A stretch of 64,000 bases of DNA from Felis catus (taxonomy: Eukaryota), in the NCBI RefSeq assembly GCF_018350175.1, contig NC_058383.1, forward strand, positions 8,744,001-8,808,000. Direction: 5' to 3'. A program made the position numbers and the translations under genes. This document shows positions 51,540 to 64,000 of this stretch, piece by piece; position 1 is the stretch's first letter, and every line of letters begins with the position of its first letter. Below the pieces are notes generated by a model. The model saw only the letters and a program-made list of their open reading frames with translations, was not told the DNA's origin and searched no databases.

Positions 51540-51960
51540 CTCCCCTTCGTTGCAGCCTTACCGGCTTCCCTCTGTGCCTGGAATATGCCACACTCATACT
51601 CACCTCTGGGCCTTTGCACTGCCCTTCCTTCTGCCAAGAAGCTTCGGAGTTTCTCCCCTTTGCCACACAGATCTTAATCTCCACGTCACCTCTTCCAAGA
51701 GGCCCTCCCTGTCCGTCTGTCTCCAGGACCCATTCCCCGTTCCCACACCCCGTTTCCTCTCTTACTCCTGCTTGGCAGTACTTGAAAGTATTCTGTTTTG
51801 TTTAGTTTTGCTTTTTTTGTCGGTTTCCTTCACTTCAGTAGAATGTCAAGCCTTGGGAGCAAGGATTTTGTCTTTTTGCCACCATGATTCCCCCCTCCCA
51901 CCCCCGCCAGCACCTAGAACATTCCTGACGTCATCGAATGTACGTGGGTGCCTGCATTCG
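51540..51960 (+). mobile_element. L2 LINE 3' relic
   Basis: gggcctttgcactgccc..., cacgtcacctcttccaagaggccctccctg..., tagaatgtcaagccttgggagcaagga..., ccagcacctagaaca. Confidence 0.6.
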
Positions 51961-54900
51961 GACTGAAGTGTTCCTTTGGCCGTGCCTGGCACTTCTCTGC
52001 TCCTTGATCTTCCCTTTGCTGCATCTTCCACAAGGACTAATCGCACCACGGTCTCCATGGGTCGAAATTCTGTCTCCTCTTTAAAAAAAAAAAAAAAAAA
52101 ATACAAAAAAAGTTTACCTTTGCCAGTTTCTCCATCTGGGAGTGGTCTTCCCCTCATCCGATCTTCCGGGTGGCCCTCCTTGCTTTCCCTTTGTCATTTG
52201 TGAACTTGGTTTCTCTCTACTGTGAGGCATGGTCCCAGCTGAATCAGCTGAATGCCCTGTCCAGTGCCTCACCTGGGCCGGGCCTGGCGCAGACAGATGA
52301 GTAGGAAATACTTGTTAAATTAGTACTCGACGAGACAGTGTAATTTAGGGGACCGGTGGTTCGGGAAGCAGAAATCTTAATTAGAATTGTGCGTGCCTGT
52401 TTGCCCAGGTGGCGTCTCTCCTCCCCCTGTCCCCGGGTGGGATGCCGGCGCCCCCTTTCCCCTCTGACTGTGATGCTGGAATTAATGAGGTCCTGTTACG
52501 AGTACTTGGGAGAAGGTGCTGAATAAATACAGGTGATGGTATTGTTGTTGTTTGTTGTAGTTACGTTCTGAGTCCGGGGCTGCGTGATGAGCTATGCAAT
52601 GCCTCCAAGAGTGTTTTAGGAATTAACTGTTGGATGGCTGTAAAACACTTGGCAAGTTTGTCACGTTGGGTGGATGGAACTGACGGTAAAGCGTGTTGAG
52701 TTGGAGGAGGCCCGGCAGCCGGGTTGCAGGATTTGCTGTGTTCCTGTTCCTCGCTTGGGTGTGTTCTCTGGCCTCCCCCAGACAATTCCCTAATTGAGCT
52801 GCTGAGGTTGGAGGCTTGTGACGTTCAGAATGAGACCCAACAATGCTTGTGTGGGGTTTAATGGCACGGGGAGTCATTAACAAGACAAAAAGCCATGATT
52901 TCCCCTAGATTAACATGCAGGTTGGGGTTTGGCATGTCGGGATTCATTGTTTTGGTCTCCAGCCCAAACATGCTAGAGTCATTATATTGTCATGTGGTAA
53001 TTAGCTGTTCCTTTAATACAAGTAATAAAAATTAAGCCTAAGAGGTACTTTAGCAACGCCTTTTACATAATCCAAAACAATATTCAAATGCTGTAGGCAT
53101 ATAGCCATCCAGCTGTACTGTAGTAAAGTTTGAAGCTTAATGCACGGGGATGTTGGAACATTCGGTTCATTCTTTATTCTGTGACCAGTTTTGCTACTTA
53201 GGCATTAACCTTTAATAGTGTTAAATTAAATATACATGCCTAATGAATAATTATGAGATTGCCAGAATTTTCATTTACAATAGAAGGCTTTGAAAATTCG
53301 TCTAAAGGTCTAGTTACCATTCACTTGATAACGTGCATGTTATTTTTATATGTCACTGAGTTCCTCGCTCGATCGAACGAGAGAAGCGATTTTCTATTCG
53401 AAGCAGACACAGTGGGTCCTGGCCTTTTAAAAGGAATGGGCTAGAAAAGTTGTCGACACAAATTTTAGGGAAGGAAAGGGCAGTATACTAGCTTGGCTCT
53501 TCAAAAATATAATTTGTGTTGGCTGTCGTGCCACAAAGCCTACATGCGCGAACGTTAATAGAATATTGTCCAAGTGCAACAGTGCTCCTTCTTCTCAATC
53601 CTTCTCTGACCTCGGGGTCAAGTTCACATTGTAGTTGTATACGAAGGTGGCTGTGGGCAGACTGTTTGTTTTCTGCAGGCCAGTGGCCCAGTGTGAGGCC
53701 ATAGGGAGAAGGGTAAAAAAAGGTAGAGGTTGGGGGAGTGTGGGGCGCATAGGAGCGTACCCTGGAAAGATCTTGAAATGAACAAACACAACCAAAAAAC
53801 TGCACCTGGAATGTTCTGAGGAATTCAGTCTCTAGTGCTGTTGCTACCCCTACTTCGAAGGAACCATTTTCCCCAAAATAGCTTTTGAAACCTAATTTAA
53901 TGTAAATATTTTAATGCTGATTAAAATAAGAATGAAAAGCCACAAATGAGAAAGTGGTGTAGTCATAAACTGTATATACACACAGAATAAATGCCCAGTG
54001 GCCAGGGGCGTCACGTGATGGACAGTGTTATGTTAAGCCCCACGCGCAGGCCCACTGTTGTGCTGGACAGATCCCAGAGCCTGCCTTTTGTAAACTCTGC
54101 AAAGGCGTTGGCATCTCACGGAGTTCCTGGCTCCCGGCGGACTGGCCGACTGAGGCACGGGAGATCTACCCTCGCTTCCAGGAACTGAGGGTGGTCTGAA
54201 AAATTAATGACTCTGGTATTTGAAAATTAAGTGAGCTCTTGAATATACACCCTTGTGGATCCACTGGGCTCGGTGTTTAGCATTCCTCAACCAGAGACTA
54301 AATCTTCGCAGCCACCTCACAAGTGATGCTGGCGTCCATTCCAGAAATATCTTCAATAATCTCTTCTAAGCCCAGCGGACTTAGATACTTCTCTCTGACG
54401 GGGCCGAGAACGCTAGGGCAGAGTGTTCCGCTGGTGCCCAGCAGGTGCCCAGACGTGCCTTTTAGGCAGAAGGAGAAACAAAAGATCCGATCGACACCAG
54501 AAGAACATTTAACACCTCTCCATTTCGGGCTGAATTAATGATAAAGTCAAAGACCAGGAGTCCGTATTTTCAATTCCGTGTGTCTGCAATCTCCAATTTT
54601 AGGTTAAAATCCAGTTTTTTGTAAGTAAATCTGATGGCAGGTTGTATGTTGAATTGGCCACGGGACCTCACCTAGCCAGCCCAGGTGCTGTCTCGTCCCG
54701 TCCCTACTATAATCAGGAGTGCGGTGCTCCCTCCCCCTTCCCCCTGCTGGCTGGCCCGCTGGCCTGGGCAGGCTCACACTGGGCCAGGTCACCAGCTGTG
54801 TCTCGGGAAAAGCAGAAGCCAGATCACCACGTGCTGAGCCCTGACTCCCCCTCGGAGCACCCTTCCCTGGTAAAGGAGGACGGCGATGGGGAGCCATCAT

Positions 54901-55689
54901 GCCCTGTATAGGGTGGCCTCGTAGGAAGCCCTCGTTGATGTCCTCCGCTCCACCAGGGAACCTTCCTCACTGGGAGGATGGTCACATGGAGTTAACAGAC
55001 TGGGTTCGAGTTCTTTCTGTCCGCTCACTAGCCGGGAACCCTCGGGCAAGTCCCTGCGCTTACCGGCGCTTTGGCCCGCACATCCTCTTCCCGTGATTGC
55101 TGGGAGGCTCGAGTGAGATAATGTCCATCAGGGTATCTCGTGACGGCAAGACGCTCTCGGAGTATCAGGTGTTATTTCCAGCTTCGTAAGAATTAAGGGA
55201 AACTTGAGGCTTACGGCACCTCCGCACACACTGTCCATCCTGCAGGCGCGGCTCTCGGTACGGGGTTGACTTCCCGGGGCTCCTCCACTTGCCGTCACCA
55301 CATGCATCCCCTTCCTGTCCGTCAGATCAAGGACCGAGAAGTCCTTCCGGTGTCATACCATGCCAGAGCAGTGGGCAAATCCCAGCCGTTCCCAGGCCGA
55401 GTCCATACGCTGTGGCCCCGGGGGGTGCCTCTGCGCACACGTCCTTGGTAGGCCGCAGAGGAGCGACCCCAACCGGCCAGCCGTGCGGCCCGGGGCTCCG
55501 CTGGGGGCTTGGGGGCAGACAGGGGGTGTTGAGGCCACAGGTGCCCTGGCCTCTGGCAAGCGGTGGCAGCCCGTGGGGAGCCGGCGGCGGAGGGGGGGGG
55601 GGGGCGACTCCCTGGGCACCCCGGTTGTCCTGTCCCGAGCCTCCGTGTGACCGTGAAAGTGGCTCATCTTGTGTCCAGAGTGGGGGTGA

Positions 55690-55908
<219 letters not shown>

Positions 55909-57181
55909 TAATTGCCTTCCCCACCCTGTTGCGACGAGCTGAGCTCGAACGGGCTACACAGCGCGAAGGCCGGGTGGGGCCCCCATCGGCCTCATTGAAG
56001 AGAGAGAATGGTGACGCTTAGCTGTTGGGAGGTGGAACTTTTCCTCAGCGCCATAGCTACATATGATTTTCTGGCCCTGTGACGGGACCGGCCGGGATTC
56101 TTTAACATTCTTTCTGGATCATCCTGCCATAGGATCCGCCTTTCCAAAGGCCACCGTGTCGCCTGCGGGCGACACCTGCCAGAGAGCCAGCTTGTGATCA
56201 AAGGGCCCCCGTCCGGGAAGTCAGTTAGCGATGGCTGCCGGGACACGAGGGCGTCAGACGCATCCTTCAAGCCCGCGTGCCTAAGCCCCACCGTCCCCTT
56301 GTCGGCGGCGCCTGTTTGTTACGAGTTTAATGAGAGGGAACAACCCCGTGGCGTGGCCGCCCGGCCGTCAGCCCCGGCAGAGAGGGCAGAGGCTGCCCGG
56401 CTTTTCCTGTCAGGGAAGGACAGAGTCCCCCCCCCCCCCCCCCCCCCCCCCCGCCCCGCACCTAAAATCCAGCTGTGTTCAACTCCTTCTCAAAAATCAC
56501 AAATCACAGCTCCTTCTCGAAGCAGATGCGGGAGGAGCTGGGTGCGGGAGGCCGACTGCTTGGGAGACTTGGAGGGCTTCCCCTTAGCGGGTCTAAGACG
56601 CCCCGAGGGCTGGACACGGGATTACTTGTTGAAGGGCCTTGCAGTGTGCTTTAGCTCTGAGACCACGAGACAGGCTTCGAGGTGCAGTCCCGAGGATGCC
56701 CCCCTTCCCCCGTGGTGGGGGGACGGACCCAGCCGAGGCCCCGCCTCCATCCGGCTCCACAGGGAGCAGTGAGCCTTTGGGGCGCGTCCACACAGCTTCG
56801 TCCCGCTTGAGAGGGAGGTGTTGGACTGAGTGGGCTGGGATCCAGGTGCGAGAAGGTGCTGCCTCCCCCGCCCCGCCCCCACACGCAGGTGAGAGAGAAG
56901 CTGTAAATACATACATCCGGGTATGGGTGCCACACTGTCCAAGAGGAGGTGCTTCTTTTTTCCCTCCCGTGACCCCTGACATCTCATTTTAACAGGCCCG
57001 CCCTGTGTGTTTTCTGTAGTTCGATTTCGTTTCGTTGGAGGACGTGCGGGGGGCCCGGGGCTCTGCGTGGCCCCCTTCCCCCACCACACAGCTCTGTCAG
57101 CGCCCCGGTGGCCAGTTGCCCAGCGAGGAACTGTAACTGAGTGTGGGGTGTCCTCCTCCCCAGAGGCCTCATCTGATGGGC

Positions 57182-57406
57182 TTTTTCTTTTTTAAATTTT
57201 TTTTAATGTTTATTTTTGAGAGAGAGACAGAGACAGAGTATGAGCAGGGGAGGGGCAGAGAGAGAGGGAGACACAGAATCCGAACCCGGTTCCAGGCTCC
57301 GAGCTGTCAGCACAGAGTCCCACATGGGGCTCGAACTCAACGAACCGTGAGCTCATGACCTGAGCCGAAGTTGGACGCTTAACTGACTGAGCCACCCAGG
57401 CACCCC
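57182..57406 (-). mobile_element. CanSINE, first of a tandem pair
   Basis: Full body flanked by tctgatggg repeats. Confidence 0.95.
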
Positions 57407-57451
57407 TCTGATGGGGTTTTTTTTTTATATTATTTAAAAAGAAAAAAAACA

Positions 57452-57674
57452 TTTTTTTTTTTAGGATTTATTTATCTTTGAGAGACTTTGAGAGAGATGG
57501 AGAGACAGAGCGTGAGCAGGGGGGCAGAGAGAGAGGGAGACACAGAATCCAAAACAGGTTCCAGGCTCCGAGCTGTCAGCACAGAGCCCGATGCGGGGCT
57601 CGAACTCATGAACTGCGAGATCATGACCAGAGCCGAAGTTGGGTGCTTAACCAACTGAACCACCCAGGTGCCCC
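57452..57674 (-). mobile_element. CanSINE, second of a tandem pair
   Basis: Full body ending cacccaggtgcccc, followed by tgatggtctttttt. Confidence 0.95.
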
Positions 57675-57714
57675 TGATGGTCTTTTTTAAATGAAATAAC
57701 TTAAGACAAAGACT

Positions 57715-57910
57715 CCAGAGGCAAACAGACCTGGTTTGAGAGGCTTCGATGCCACTGTGTGCCTCTGAGACCTTGAGCAAGTGATCACGTGATCTCACCT
57801 CTTGAAAATCTTCCTTTTGCATACTGACCTCTTAGGATTGGGGTAGGCTTACATGGGGTGCTGGGGAGGGGTTTAGCACTTTTCCCAACACTCAGCAAAT
57901 ATTAATGACT
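57715..57910 (+). mobile_element. MIR relic
   Basis: agacctggtttgag...tctgagaccttgagcaagtga...actcagcaaatatta. Confidence 0.55.
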
Positions 57911-59964
57911 CTTAGGCACCGTTGTTTTTTCCTAGAAATTCCCACTCCCCTCGCTTCTTTATTTATTGATATCTTTACCGATTTTCCCAACATCCAAAAA
58001 AATGTCAACTTCTCTCTTTACTTCCCAGTACACAGGGATTTTGATTTGGAAAGGTGGGGTGTACATCATTTGTTTTTATCATCGCCACCGTGGTGTAGAT
58101 TGAGAAGGTTGCGGGAAAGGCATCTCTCTCTCACGTGCCGGAACTCTCCCCGCCATTTAAAGATGAGTCCATTGGCGCCCAGGCGCAGCTGATTAGAGCA
58201 GAGCGCTGGGATCCTCTCTCTGCCAGGCTGTTCTTCCTCCTTCTGGGCTCACACGTGGGGGATCCTGCTGGGACACACTCCAGGACAAGCTGGCCCCTGC
58301 TTAGCGTCGGTCGGCCAGCGAGCAGCCCGCCCCTGGTGGGGATGGCAAAGAGACCTCCTCAGACAGAGTGGGAGCCTCCAGCTAGTGCCGCAGACTCCTC
58401 TGGAAGGAGCATAGCCGTGTCACACTGAGAAACCGCATTGGACGGAGCCCGGAGGTCCGCGGGCTGTGTAGATCTTTCCAACCAATTGTGAAAGGCAGAT
58501 GTGCTAGACGTTCCCACGGCCACAGAGATCATTGACGTAAAAGAACACGCATGTGTTTGCAGAGTTGACCCGTCGCGGTGTCCGCTTGGGAAGTGTTCAT
58601 TCCTGCCCGACTTTGGCCCTGTCACTGTGGGCCGACAGTGATGTGTATGTATCACTAGCCATTAGGGTCTCAGAGTGTTTCTTTCAGGCCCCGAACAGCC
58701 AGCCCCAAAGGCAGAAAGCCCCCCTCTTTTTCTTTCAGATGCCCTGACGGGGTCACTGGTTTTAATTTCCTCTCTCTCCCTCTAAGGAGAACCCTTTGGG
58801 TTCCACTTAATGAAAAGGGCCAATTGCTTCTCTTAACAAAAGAGCCGTTCACTCTTACCCACTAAGCCACACGGGTGCTGACCGCCCAGCGGTGTGCACC
58901 TGCCTCAGCCGGCACGTCCGTGCAGCACAGGGAGTAAGCGTGGATGTGGGCTACAACCTGAACGGCCAGGGGCCCCTGTCACTTGGGCAAAGACCTGGCA
59001 GCCAGCGCTGCGGCCTGGGCCCCGAGCCTCGTTGTCACAAGCCCTACCTGGGCCTCTCCGGTCAGCCTGCCTGGCCTCCTCCGATCGTTTGTGCCTCAGC
59101 CCTTCCTCGGCCTGGCCTTCTATGTGATGATCTGTGCACGGCAGGCGTGGTTGCCCAGGAGCTCGCCTCTCATTGGAGCTGGGACCACAGTGCCCTGCCC
59201 GGGACCGTCTGGCACAGAGGGTGATATGTGGGTACCTGTGGGAGGGAGCAGGTGCAGCGAGCCAGCCAGGGGTCTGAGGCAGGACCCCGCCCTGTCCGTT
59301 ACATCTGCCCCGGCGTTTCCGTTTTGGGTAGTGAAAGCTAGGGCTGTAAACATGCACTCGGGGCGGGGGGGGGGGCAGGGGGAGGGCTGGACTTTCCAGG
59401 GACGGCCCTGCCCCCCGGAGGGCCCTTGTGTCCCCAGCACTGAGCACCGCAGGGCTCCTCCGTCGTCCAGCACTGCCACCCGTGCGCCTGGCACTCGCTC
59501 TCCCTCAGATGTGGCTCCCCCGGGCCCTGTGCCACCTGCCCTGCACACACAGCCCCCACCCGCCAGACTCCGGCCTGGGGGAGGGTGCCCTTGGCACCCA
59601 GGCTGCAGCTGCGCCCTTCTAGCAGAGATCTGCGCCGCACCCACCTGGCACGTAGTGTTCCATCCCTGCTGAGCCCACGGCCGGGGAGGTCTGTGGACCC
59701 GCCTGACTTTGGCTAAAACCGCTTCCTCCAAAACGCACGCACAATCATGAACTGTTTTCTTTAGAGAAAGACTTCAACCACACAAAAACATTATTAATCT
59801 TCCCTCGGTAGAGGACTAATTTAAAGCTCATCAATAAGATGATATTCTATGTTACCATCGATCCCCCCCCCCTTTTTTTTAAAGTTGTGTTGGAGAAACG
59901 AGAGCTCTTCTTCTGAGCAAAATCCATTGATCCTCGCAGCCTAAATGTTTCAAGTTCAATTTAA

Positions 59965-60264
<300 letters not shown>

Positions 60265-60336
60265 TGAGTGTCTGTCAGCATCTGCCCGCACTTGACGTTT
60301 TCTTTACCTCCCAAGTTCACAATGCAAGAAGTATCT

Positions 60337-60546
60337 GTTTTTGTTTTTTTTTTTAAGTTTATTTATTTATTTTGAGAGAAAGAATGAGGGAAGGAACAGA
60401 GAGAGAGGGGGAGAGAGAATCCCAGGCAGGCTCCACACTGTCAGCACAGAGCCCGACGTGCGGCTCGAACTCACGAACCGTGAGATCATGACCTGAGCCG
60501 AAATCAAAAGTCAGACGCTCGACTGACAGAGCCACCCAGGCGCCCC
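60337..60546 (-). mobile_element. CanSINE just downstream of a CUX1 exon
   Basis: T tail, (GA) tract, ends gagccacccaggcgcccc. Confidence 0.94.
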
Positions 60547-60902
60547 CACTTTGCGAGAAGTATTGAAGATGGGCCTGTGAGACCAGCGCAGTTCTGTGGG
60601 GCTCTCAGCAGAATTTTGTTTGAAGGATAAAGGCGTCCCTTAGTCTATGATCTGTCGGATTACCTTGAGTGACAGTCGTTGGTCTTTCCCAACAGGTGGA
60701 TGGCGTCAGGTAGTTAAGGGGCCACGGTATGTCCGTTGGGGTCACCTGGGGCCGGGGATTGAGCAGAAAGTGAGATGACAGGGAATGACGGTTCACCCTC
60801 TGTGGGAAGCCCTTGGATGCAGGCTCAACGCCTGACACCTTCTGAGAAGAATTTGGATATTTGACATCACCCACAAATCTTGGGGTTTTGTTTGGTTGGT
60901 TG

Positions 60903-60933
<31 letters not shown>

Positions 60934-61494
60934 TTGCCTCCTTTTCTTTACCTCACAGTGCTTCATATGTCGAGCAGCTGATATCAGTAAAATATGTTAG
61001 TGCACCATCCATCTGCTGTGGGCGTTGGATTTCTGGTGGCCCGCCTCGCCCGGAGCTTTCCCACAAACGGGGGAGTTTAATATTGTTAGGACAGTTTAAT
61101 GCAGGTTAGATTTCTTGTAAAAACTGATGAAAACTAACAAGACCCAATTCACTCACCCAGTGCCTACTCATTGTGTGCCACGCCCTCTCGGTGTCTCACT
61201 GAGTGCCCAGAACATTCCTCAAGAGGGGACGGTCTCATTTTCCAGATCGAGAAACTGGGCTTCAAGATTAGGGATCTGCCCACGCTGTCCCGGCTAGTCA
61301 CCCAGGGGTGGGACCAGAGCCCAACCCCCTGCTCCAGCCCTGGCCTCCCTTTATGCTCCTGTGTCGCCTCCCCAAGTCCTGGCTGCGGGACCAAGGCCAG
61401 TCCCTCGGGGCCTGGGAGAGCAGGGCCAGGTGCAGCCCCCCCAGGAAAGAAGGGAGCCAGGTAGAGAGTCCAGGTTCTGAAAGGTGAGCAGACT

Positions 61495-61711
61495 TTTTTT
61501 TTTTTTTTCTTTTTTTAGGTTTGCTTATTTATTTTGAGAGAGAGAGCACGAGTGGGGAAGGGGCAGAGAGAGAGAATCCCGAGCAAGCTCCACACTGTCA
61601 GCACAGAGCTCAACACAGGGGCAGGTGCAGGGCTCGAACTCACCATGAGATCATGACCTGAGCCAAAATGAAGACTCAGATGCTTAACCCACTGAGGCAC
61701 CCAGGCGCCCC
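61495..61711 (-). mobile_element. CanSINE
   Basis: Ends gaggcacccaggcgcccc; TSD tgagcaga(c/t)t. Confidence 0.92.
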
Positions 61712-62334
61712 AAGATGAGCAGATTCTTGACCCAGCCTAAATGTGCTTCCCAGGAGAGCACTTTATGGCCACAGCAGTTTCTTACCATGTTACTGATACT
61801 GGGGTGTGGGGGCAGGATGCGAGCAATCAAAATGCCCTCTGCCAAAGAGACATGGGGGGTAAAGATGGGCCACCCCCAACTGGAACAGTATGCAGCCCTT
61901 GCAGTGATAGTCATGTAGAATTTGCATTAAGACCAGAAACACAAACGCATCCAGCAAGATATGGAGTGAAAAATGCGTGATACAGAATCACATGCAGTGT
62001 GATTACAGCTGCACAGAGCAAAGTTAGAAAATTGTGGAAGTAAATTCATCTGGGAATTTGATATTATTAAGTTGACTTTTCAAACTAGGTGAAGGGATGA
62101 GTTATATTTAAAGTTGGAAGCAACGGGCTGACCACTCAGGGTGGAGGATGAAAACAGATTTTTTTTTCCATCTCATTCTTTACAACCAAGAAATTGAAGT
62201 GGCTCTCAGGTTAAATATCAATCATTAAATCATGGACATACTGGAAGAAAACTTAGGCAGTATTTTGTTTTTAGTAACTTTGGAGTAGGTATTTCTAATT
62301 GAAAACCGAATTTTTAAAAAAATAAATAATAAAC

Positions 62335-62557
62335 ATTTTTTTTCTTTTTTTTAATGTTTATTTATTTTTGAGAGAGAGAGAAAGACAGAGCGCGAGCAGG
62401 GGAGGGGCAGAGAGAGGGGAAACACAGAATCGGAAGCAGGCTCCAGGCTCTGAGCTGTCAGCACAGAGCCCGACGCGGGGCTCGAACCCACGAACCGTGA
62501 GATCATGACCTGAGCTGAAGTCAGACACTGAACCCACTGAACCACCCAGGCTCCCCT
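62335..62557 (-). mobile_element. CanSINE
   Basis: Full body; TSD aataaacatttt. Confidence 0.94.
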
Positions 62558-62559
62558 CA

Positions 62560-63050
62560 CAATAAACATTTTAAAAGCATCAAAAAAGTGGGAAGAAAAA
62601 AAAAAAATTAAAAAACCGGGAAGAAATTTTTGCACCACATAAGAGCTCTTACAAATTAATAGGGAAAATTGAGCGCTACAAAGTGGACCAAGGAGATGTA
62701 CAGATAGTTCATACAAAGAGAAATGCTCTGCTTTACTCAGCAGGAAAATTAGGCTTAATTTTATCCAGTGTTGGCACAGGAAAACAAACATGTATTGTTA
62801 GCAAGAGTTTAAGTTAGTGAGGTTTTTTGGGAGGGGAAGTTTCTCAATATCAGAACAACAACAACACATTGCATCTACTCTGTGACCATATACATCCTCT
62901 GTTAGCATTTCATCCGACAGATTCCGTCTCAGAATTACACGGCAATATCTACATAATGATCACCGCAGAACTGTTTAGTAGAAAGAGGCGATAAACAAGC
63001 TAAGTGTCCACAGAGGCTGGTTACGTTAATTATTTAATAAGAATGAGGAA
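62560..63050 (+). mobile_element. Ancient L1 (L1ME-like) 3' fragment
   Basis: gagctcttacaaattaatagg...aaagtggaccaaggagatgtacagatagttcatacaaagagaaatgc and later L1 3'-UTR-like motifs. Confidence 0.5.
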
Positions 63051-63991
63051 GAATGTTTCCAGAGTGTGGAAATGAGGAGAAGAGCAAGAATGCCCGGTGT
63101 GCTGTGATCCCTTTTGTGTTCAAAGGGGCGGGGAGTGTATGTTACGCTCTCGTGTATTACATCGGAGTGTCTATATTTGTGCATGTGTTTTGTTTTTGTT
63201 TGTTTTTATTAACTTGGAGCCTCTATTAGTTTTATCATTAGAATATGCGAAAAACACGAGCAGGCTTTTTCCATAGGTGATGGAGATTTGGGTGATTTTT
63301 TTTTTTTTTTAATGCTGTAATTTCTACTTTTCTATATTCCCAGGTTCGTTAGTATGAGCACATGTGTTCTATTCATATGATGTAAAAATAATAAACTTAT
63401 TTTTAGACATCCTCTGCAGATGAGGAGCAAGGAATGCTATTTATTGACCAGGGAATTCATTTGGAGATCAGGGGAAATGTAAATCTGGGGATGTTGGGTT
63501 CAGACATTGAGAACCACCCATTAGGTATTACGGTCACATCTGCATTCCATTATAACAGACATGGAACAGCTGTCACATCTATTAGCACATCCTTTATCCC
63601 AACAAATTCCTTCATTGTGTCAGCAAAATGTAAATGTATCATTCTTCTTGGGTAACTTCAGAAAACAATGAGTTCGTGATGATGGTTGGGTTTTTTTTTT
63701 TTTTGGTTTTTTTTTGGTTTTTTTTTTTTAATATCTGGCATTTGAAGAACAAGTCACATTTAAGATAACTGGCTGCGTCAGTTAGCACACGTCAGGATGC
63801 ACCCTGCACATTCGGTCCTACGTGGGTGCAGAGTCGGGGCGCCAAAGATCAGGGAGCGGGCGCGCGCCCACCGTCAGCGGCCGCCGATTGTGTGCCTCTC
63901 GCCAGCTGCCGGTCACCGAGCTGCAGAGCACATGAGACCTTCACGTTGGGAAACGAGATGACCAGCTTGGCTTTGTTCTCTTCCTTTCCAG

Positions 63992-64000
63992 AAAGCTGCA
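63992..64000 (+). CDS. CUX1: Start of the next CUX1 coding exon, truncated by the window edge: (R)KL(Q)
   Basis: Acceptor ttctcttcctttccag|AAAGCTGCA. The phase-2 junction AG+A gives R, then K, L, Q, as expected for CUX1 ...EKERKLQETQ. Confidence 0.85.

Noticed and set aside
51274..51966. 230-aa ATG-initiated ORF
   Set aside because: It runs through an L2 relic, has low-complexity S/L/P composition and resembles no protein I recognise.
56427..56458. Long poly-C run and similar poly-G/C runs (e.g. ~1140, ~28980, ~41800, ~59360)
   Set aside because: Homopolymer runs are frequent throughout the window and error-prone in sequencing; nothing points to a specific function.
58905..59731. Overlapping 180-229 aa ORFs on both strands
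   Set aside because: Expected in very GC-rich sequence depleted of stop codons; no recognisable domain and no fit to the CUX1 exon chain.

Overview
Mammalian (felid, most likely domestic cat or a close relative) genomic DNA lying entirely inside the CUX1 (CDP/CASP) gene on the + strand. Four complete, small coding exons and the first 9 nt of a fifth are present (6932-6979, 35911-35989, 55712-55849, 60140-60263, 63992-end). They have canonical AG/GT boundaries and splice in frame to [53 protein letters not shown]...[15 protein letters not shown]...DFAEKE-RKL(Q), the N-terminal coiled-coil region shared by the CUX1 transcription-factor and CASP golgin isoforms. About 99% of the window is intron. 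It holds about 23 tRNA-derived feline CanSINEs (many with target-site duplications), degraded L1, L2, MIR and MLT1 relics, one degenerate U6 snRNA retrocopy, a hierarchical (GGAT)n array, and several repeat-free, motif-dense blocks that may be enhancers. Nearly all ORFs in the supplied track are spurious. I found no evidence of a new multi-gene biological system. The most interesting leads are modest and inferential: CUT-domain (ATCRAT) and CCAAT motif clusters inside the CUX1 gene itself, the U6 retrocopy with its odd 3' junction, and some repeat microstructures. Repeat family names come from recalled consensus motifs, not from a database search, and the boundaries of old repeats are approximate.
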